Shown: positions 55,578 through 60,658 of the stretch, piece after piece
Numbering within the stretch: position 1 is the stretch's first letter
Layout: each line of letters starts with the position of its first letter
Source of the DNA: a virus
Lineage: Duplodnaviria; Caudoviricetes
Reading direction: 5' to 3' (one strand)
Length of the DNA stretch: 60,658 nucleotides
Virus record (IMG/VR): IMGVR_UViG_3300030103_001846
Location: 1-60,658 of that record
Notes under the pieces: model-generated
Told to the model about the DNA's origin: nothing
The model's input: only the letters and a program-made list of their open reading frames with translations
Database searches by the model: none
Position numbers and translations under genes: made by a program

Positions 55578-57433
55578 TTTATTTCACCCCAACTTTTACC
55601 AACTTCCATATCTATATCCATTGGAACTTCTAAATTAACACAATTAATCATAGCTTTTTTAACTATTTCTTTTTCTTCTTGGGTAGCTAAAGAAAAGTCT
55701 AATTCATCATGAACTTGCAATAAAGGCACGATACCTTCTTTTCTAACTTCTAACATTGCTAACTTAGTCATGTCTGCTGCAGAGCCTTGGATTAATCTAT
55801 TTAAGGCTTTATAAGTAAATGCTCTTTTTAAATCAAATCCATATTCTTCTATAGCTTTTTGTTCTGGCAGGGGTGTTACTTCGTTATAACTACCACTTGG
55901 CTCCCATCTATCAAACCTTGCTTTTCTACCACCTAATGTTTTTACATACCCTCTATCAGAAGCTAACTTAGTGCAATAATCCATTAGACCTTTAATAAAA
56001 GGAACTTTAGTATGGTATTGGGCTAAAAGCTCGTTACCTTCCTCCTCAGAGACCCCTAGCTCGTTTATAAGCTTCCTTACACCCATCCCATAGGTAAGCC
56101 CTAAGTTTATATCTTTAGCTTGTTTACGGGGTATGTTTGCCATATCTGCTACTATTTGGTGAAAGTCAGCGTTACCTTCTTTATAACTTTTAACTGCTTG
56201 TTCAGCACCAACCATTTTTAATTTATGTGCAAAATGAACTGTTATTCTTGGTTCTTGTTGGCTGTAATCAAAACAACACCATTCTTGTCCGTCCTCAGGA
56301 ATAAATATAGATCTTATCATTGGACCTATTTCTGGATCTCTTGCGGGAACTTGTTGTAAGTTTGGATTAGAATAACTAAACCTACCTGTTACCGTTCCAC
56401 CAAGCTCTGATCTTGAACTATGTGCTTCAGCATGTATCCTTCCATTTACTTCATGATCAAATATCATTTTTTTAACAAAAGTCCCACCTGCTTTATTATA
56501 TTTTCTTGCACGTGCAATAGCTTTTGGTAAAGGATGTTCATGGTTTTCTAACCAACTAGCTTGGAAACTTGGTGAGCCTTTTTCTGTATAAGGGTAATGT
56601 AAACTATTTTTATCAAAGGCTTTTTGTATAGAGGCATTAGCCCATATATCAACCTCTACTCCATATTGTCTTTTTATATCTAATAAAATTGCTTGTTCTT
56701 TTATAGATAAGTCATGCATAATCTTTTCTGCTTTTTCTAAATCTACCCTTACCCCCATCATTCTCATTTCAATAACAAGCTGAACTATATCCATTTCTGT
56801 TTTAAATACTTTGGATAAATTTTCTTCAGCTATTTGTTGTTTTAAAACTTTCCATAGATCGTAAGTAAGCCTAGCGTCTCTTTCTGCATATAAGCCCACA
56901 TACTTAGACGGTAATTTCCACATATCACCTTTATTATTTAAACCATAAGATAATAAAGCCTCATCTAATAAACTCTCGTCTTTTTTCTGACCACAATACT
57001 TTTCGCCTAGATTATCTAAAGAATATGAAAATGCGTTTTCATCTAATAAAGGTGCGGCAACTAAAGTATCAACTATATTACCTTCTATGTTAAAACCCTC
57101 AGCTTTTAACCAACCTAAATCATAAACAGCGTTATGAAAAACTTTAGTAGCGTTAGAATTTAATTGCTTTTTTAACCATCTATAAACTATTTCTTTATCT
57201 AAATTACCACCGCCTAAATGAGAGAACGGTAAATAAATTTCACCGCTCTCCCACCCTACAGCAACACCTATAATCTCTCCTTCTTTTCTAGCCCAACCTG
57301 AACCTTTAGTCCTTAATGAAGGATCTCTAGTTTCTAAATCGACACTAAACTCTTTACAGTTTGTTAAGTTTGGTAAAGTGTCCGGTATAGACCAGTCTGT
57401 ATCTGGATTAAACAGTGTTCTTTGTAGACTCAT
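55574..57433 (-). CDS. polA: Family A DNA polymerase with 3'-5' exonuclease (Leu762 type)
   Basis: VDLET, HNAVYD, TGRFSYSNPNLQQ, DYSQQEPR, RKQAKDINLGLTYG, IQGSAAD and QVHDEL; start revised to MSLQRTL. Confidence 0.96.
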   Translation of the reverse strand: MSLQRTLFNPDTDWSIPDTLPNLTNCKEFSVDLETRDPSLRTKGSGWARKEGEIIGVAVGWESGEIYLPFSHLGGGNLDKEIVYRWLKKQLNSNATKVFHNAVYDLGWLKAEGFNIEGNIVDTLVAAPLLDENAFSYSLDNLGEKYCGQKKDESLLDEALLSYGLNNKGDMWKLPSKYVGLYAERDARLTYDLWKVLKQQIAEENLSKVFKTEMDIVQLVIEMRMMGVRVDLEKAEKIMHDLSIKEQAILLDIKRQYGVEVDIWANASIQKAFDKNSLHYPYTEKGSPSFQASWLENHEHPLPKAIARARKYNKAGGTFVKKMIFDHEVNGRIHAEAHSSRSELGGTVTGRFSYSNPNLQQVPARDPEIGPMIRSIFIPEDGQEWCCFDYSQQEPRITVHFAHKLKMVGAEQAVKSYKEGNADFHQIVADMANIPRKQAKDINLGLTYGMGVRKLINELGVSEEEGNELLAQYHTKVPFIKGLMDYCTKLASDRGYVKTLGGRKARFDRWEPSGSYNEVTPLPEQKAIEEYGFDLKRAFTYKALNRLIQGSAADMTKLAMLEVRKEGIVPLLQVHDELDFSLATQEEKEIVKKAMINCVNLEVPMDIDMEVGKSWGEIK

Positions 57434-57740
57434 CAGATATTTTTTCTTTAGCCATTTGGTCAAATATATGCGACTCAACTAATAATAAGTATCTTCTTAA
57501 ATCCCCTATATCGTCTAAAATACCCTCAGCCCTAGAATCTTCTAACGCAGTTTGGAAAACATCCCAACCGTGTTTTTTAACTTGGTTTTCTAATCTATCC
57601 CACTTACGAGCTAACATCATAAAAGCTCCTACCCCACCACGTTGTTTCCAACTAGTGCCATAAGACTTCTCTGCCTCTTTAAGTATTTCGACATCGCCCC
57701 AAGCTAAGTCTTCTATTAATTTATAATTATTTCCCGTCAT
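57408..57740 (-). CDS. Nucleotide-modification-associated (Nmad1/DUF1599-like) all-alpha protein
   Basis: K..YG.SW...G...RKWDRL...LDDIGDLRRYLLL pattern; adjacent to the TS homolog. Confidence 0.7.
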   Translation of the reverse strand: MTGNNYKLIEDLAWGDVEILKEAEKSYGTSWKQRGGVGAFMMLARKWDRLENQVKKHGWDVFQTALEDSRAEGILDDIGDLRRYLLLVESHIFDQMAKEKISDESTKNTV

Positions 57741-58748
57741 TTAAGTTCTCCTTTTTATATAACTACTACAGGCTAATCTCCAATCCTCTTGAAGAATAGT
57801 TTCAGCCATTTCTACTGATTCTCTAAATTTATGTTCCTTAAATAAATTCCAACTTTTTATAGCAGGTATAGCAACACGCTCTAAAAATACATTATTTAAT
57901 TTAACGTCCTGCCTATAATCACCGTCTAAAACAAACTTAAGTTCTTTATCAAAAGTCTCAGTATCTTTAACTAAAGGTATAGTTTTTTCATGTAAAGATT
58001 CAGCATACTTTTTATCGTTATAATTATGTAAACCTACTGCTACACTTATCTTAGAAACTTTATCTTTCCATATAGGAAAATCTATGTATAAATGTAAGTT
58101 ATCTGTAAAATGGTAATAAGTTCCTAATTTAACTCCTATCATTGCTGCCATGTATTCGTGTAATACACTGAAGTGAACCATGTTGGCTCCAAAACAACCC
58201 CATATTAAATCGTTAGACCGATTAGTTACCGTCATCCGTAAAGCACCATCTCTAATTTTGAAATATATTTGTGTATTACATGGAACATCTTTGCCCTCAC
58301 CCTCTAGGTGGTTTAAATCTTTTTCCGCTCCCCACATTTGTAAAACACAACGTCTATCATCAGGATTCTTTTTTAACATTTTTATTATCGTTTTTAATTG
58401 GTCTGTGCCAAACATCCATCTCCACCTATAACCATAAGCTCCCCATAAAGTTTTTCCATCATCACTATACTCTCGCATTCGTGGAACATAATGTTCCATA
58501 GAAGCTAAATCTCCTCTACCTGCTAACATCCATAAGCTTTCGGCTAAATGAAAAAATGGATTACAGTCTCTATAGGGGTCTTGTAAAACCCTTACATTTG
58601 GATATTTATAAGAAATACAAACAGGTGTTTTTATTTCCCATACCGTACCATTTCTAGTTTTTTGTTCAATGTAATTGCCGCTATAACCGAACATATCAAG
58701 TCCTTTATAAAAACCATCATTTACATTAAACGCTTGTATTGTATGCAT
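57741..58748 (-). CDS. Thymidylate synthase homolog, likely dUMP hydroxymethylase
   Basis: NPFFHLAESLWML, GAYGYRW, DVPCNT (catalytic Cys), RSND, GANMVHF (Asn indicates dUMP specificity), NLHLY. Confidence 0.88.
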   Translation of the reverse strand: MHTIQAFNVNDGFYKGLDMFGYSGNYIEQKTRNGTVWEIKTPVCISYKYPNVRVLQDPYRDCNPFFHLAESLWMLAGRGDLASMEHYVPRMREYSDDGKTLWGAYGYRWRWMFGTDQLKTIIKMLKKNPDDRRCVLQMWGAEKDLNHLEGEGKDVPCNTQIYFKIRDGALRMTVTNRSNDLIWGCFGANMVHFSVLHEYMAAMIGVKLGTYYHFTDNLHLYIDFPIWKDKVSKISVAVGLHNYNDKKYAESLHEKTIPLVKDTETFDKELKFVLDGDYRQDVKLNNVFLERVAIPAIKSWNLFKEHKFRESVEMAETILQEDWRLACSSYIKRRT

Positions 58749-59595
58749 ACTTACTCCTTGTCCTACCTTGCCCTTTTAAAATTCTTGAATACTTATCAAA
58801 CTCACATAAACCTCCCTCTACTTCTCTTAACTCAAAAGGATGTCTATTAGAGTTAAAAATACTTTTGGGTAATAAATACCTGCATATTTTATATAGTTCG
58901 TTCATCTCACCTACCCAATCGTGAGACTTCTTTTTAAAATCTAAATCTCTACCTGTCAACCTGTTTAAACCTCTCATTGCTCCGGGACCTGCATTAGCCC
59001 ATGTTAATCTGTCTTTAGCGTCTCTTCCAAATTTAGTAAAACTTAAATCTGTTACAATTTCATAAGCCATAAATGGACCTTGAAAAGGAAAGCTTTTTAT
59101 ATATAGCCACATATCCTGCATAGAGTTTTGACATGAATTTGCTTTTGCTAATATTTCTTTTCTTTGCTCCCACATATAATCAATACATAAACTAATACCT
59201 TTTAATTTATCGTAACCGTCCGGGCTTTTAATAACGTAAGCACCAGTAATCCATTGATCCTGTTCTCTAATTTTTTCGTTTGCTAATTCAGAGTCCCAAT
59301 TAATATGTAGATTGTGTTTTAATAAAGTCTCACCTGTTTGGATTAAGTTAAACCATCTAAATATAACAGTAGCCATAAATACTTCTTCAGAATTTTCTAA
59401 AGGGTTACGTATATTATCTATATACCATCTACTAGTTCTATCATCGTTTCTAAAAACTTGACAAAACTTATACTCTTTTAATATAGGGTCTTCAGTCCAA
59501 GGAGGAGTTTGATTTAACTCCTCCTTTTGGATTCTTATATTTTCTCTTTCTTCAATCCAATATAAATAAGTTTTTAATTCTTCTTTTAAAAACAT
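58726..59595 (-). CDS. 5-hmdU DNA kinase (aGPT-Pplase1 family)
   Basis: WIEERENIR, PPWTEDPILKEYKFCQVFRNDDRTS, FRWFN, GAY, GPFMAYEIVTDL, NAGPGAMRGL and EGGLCEFDKY. Confidence 0.88.
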   Translation of the reverse strand: MFLKEELKTYLYWIEERENIRIQKEELNQTPPWTEDPILKEYKFCQVFRNDDRTSRWYIDNIRNPLENSEEVFMATVIFRWFNLIQTGETLLKHNLHINWDSELANEKIREQDQWITGAYVIKSPDGYDKLKGISLCIDYMWEQRKEILAKANSCQNSMQDMWLYIKSFPFQGPFMAYEIVTDLSFTKFGRDAKDRLTWANAGPGAMRGLNRLTGRDLDFKKKSHDWVGEMNELYKICRYLLPKSIFNSNRHPFELREVEGGLCEFDKYSRILKGQGRTRSKYAYNTSV

Positions 59596-60446
59596 TAAGC
59601 AGAGTCTTTTTTACTTAATCTCCAAAAACAATTATTTGAAGTTTCTGGATAAAAAGTAGCTGCAGCTACTCTTAAAAATTGTCTACCAAACCTTTCTTCT
59701 AACATAGATAATTGTTCTTTAGTCCATATCTCTTTTGCATTTTGAGATTGATTAAATTTACGCATTTGTGTAAACACACCAACTACTGACTCTAAATTAA
59801 AATATTTTTCTAATAGTTCTTTTAATTCTAAAAAGCCCCATTCATAAATATGATCTTCTGGAAGTTTATCGTTAGACCCATCATGATTAGGTGTAGAGAT
59901 AAATACAGTCCCGTCCTTTCTTAAAACCCTACTTAGTTCAGATATCCAAGGCTCTACAGCTTCTCTAGGCATATGTTCTATAACTTCTGTAGACCAAGCT
60001 ACATCTATAGATTCATCCTCATGAGGTAATATTGGATCAACACTAACGTCTTTTATTTCTAAAGTAGCGTTAAAGTTTTTAATCCATGTAGTGTCTTCAA
60101 GATCACATCCGTCTCCAGACCAATATCTTATTTCCTGAAAAGACGCAGGATCGATATCGTAACCCCAATAAGAAGCAACTACATCTGATTTTTTAACAAC
60201 AAAAGACTTATATAATGTCCTTAGCACCCATACCTCTCCACACCCTATTTCTAAAGTGTCTAAAGGTCTTCCTTTCTTTTTAGCATCATCTACTAAATAT
60301 GATGCAATTTTTTCGTACCTAGACATATGAGCTATCTCATCCGGTCTAAAGTTAGCGAATACACCTGCATGAGAAATATTCATCCGAGTATTTTTACACT
60401 CGTTTGGGTTTTGCTCAGCAGTTAATTTTTTTCTTATACTTGGCAT
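59595..60446 (-). CDS. Class I SAM-dependent methyltransferase (small-molecule/O-methyltransferase type)
   Basis: LEIGCG (motif I), YWGYDID, STEVIEHM, LRKDGTVFISTPN and HIYEW. Confidence 0.88.
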   Translation of the reverse strand: MPSIRKKLTAEQNPNECKNTRMNISHAGVFANFRPDEIAHMSRYEKIASYLVDDAKKKGRPLDTLEIGCGEVWVLRTLYKSFVVKKSDVVASYWGYDIDPASFQEIRYWSGDGCDLEDTTWIKNFNATLEIKDVSVDPILPHEDESIDVAWSTEVIEHMPREAVEPWISELSRVLRKDGTVFISTPNHDGSNDKLPEDHIYEWGFLELKELLEKYFNLESVVGVFTQMRKFNQSQNAKEIWTKEQLSMLEERFGRQFLRVAAATFYPETSNNCFWRLSKKDSA

Positions 60447-60480
60447 AAGTTTCTCCTTTCTAGTTATAGATTAAAATTAT

Positions 60481-60509
60481 ATTATACAAAAAAGCTCTTT
60501 ACAAATCAA
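60481..60509 (-). promoter_or_regulatory. Promoter of the modification-polA operon with a degenerate operator
   Basis: TTGATT-N17-TATAAT on the minus strand; aaaaagctctttac at 60489-60502. Confidence 0.6.
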
Positions 60510-60658
60510 AATATTTTCTTGTTGTTGGTTCGATTAAATATAATCGCTTTTTTGCCCTTGTTATACCAACGTAAAACACTCTGGTTTCATCGTCAGGATC
60601 ACGTTGATAATTATTAAAAACTTTATGTGTTATGTCTGTAAACAATATAACGTTATCT
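60499..60658 (-). CDS. C-terminal end of the UvrD-like helicase (joined to 1..1436)
   Basis: DETRVFYVGITRAKKRLYLIEPTTRKYFDL* (motif VI). Confidence 0.9.
   Translation of the reverse strand, partial: DNVILFTDITHKVFNNYQRDPDDETRVFYVGITRAKKRLYLIEPTTRKYFDL
60557..60658. repeat. Terminal overlap (copy 2)
   Basis: Matches 1..102. Confidence 0.95.

Noticed and set aside
57741-58748. dCMP hydroxymethylase or ordinary ThyA
   Set aside because: Specificity residue is Asn, not Asp; adjacency to the hmdU kinase favours dUMP hydroxymethylase, though ordinary TS activity is not formally excluded
1416-58924. Many short plus-strand ORFs in the track (e.g. 1416..1730, 28480..28806, 33854..34186) and minus-strand 5952..6164
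   Set aside because: Antisense shadows of well-supported genes; no RBS or motifs
59595-60446. DNA adenine/cytosine methyltransferase of an R-M system
   Set aside because: No DPPY/NPPY/SPPY or PCQ catalytic motif; motifs are small-molecule class I type
1-60658. Stop-codon reassignment, introns or inteins
   Set aside because: Standard-code ORFs tile the genome densely and core genes (polA, terL, portal, capsid) look uninterrupted and of normal length

Overview
The window is an apparently complete, circularly assembled genome (~60,556 bp unique, with a ~100-nt end overlap) of an AT-rich tailed dsDNA phage with podovirus-like architecture. Gene content resembles uncultured aquatic phages; the host cannot be determined. 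Nearly all genes are on the minus strand, and an SNF2 helicase is the only clear plus-strand gene. Modules: replication (PolA, UvrD helicase spanning the contig ends, primase, SSB-like protein, SNF2, VRR-NUC), packaging and head (TerS, TerL, portal, GroES, scaffold, major capsid), tail and ejection proteins, lysis (lysozyme, overlapping spanins, holin-like proteins) and an accessory region. The main candidate for a new system is a thymidine-hypermodification operon directly upstream of polA: small-molecule-type SAM methyltransferase, 5-hmdU DNA kinase (aGPT-Pplase1), dUMP hydroxymethylase-type thymidylate synthase homolog and an Nmad1/DUF1599-like protein. No amino acid:DNA transferase was recognised, which suggests a methylated 5-hmdU or 5-phosphomethyl-dU base. 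Other signals: an 11-copy palindromic operator, three dispersed winged-helix-like paralogs, two structured intergenic RNA candidates, a G-quadruplex and a GACGA/TTGGA repeat tract between terS and terL, a 19-bp-period iteron-like array, and strong avoidance of CCWGG. All family assignments come from motif recognition by eye; no database searches were run.
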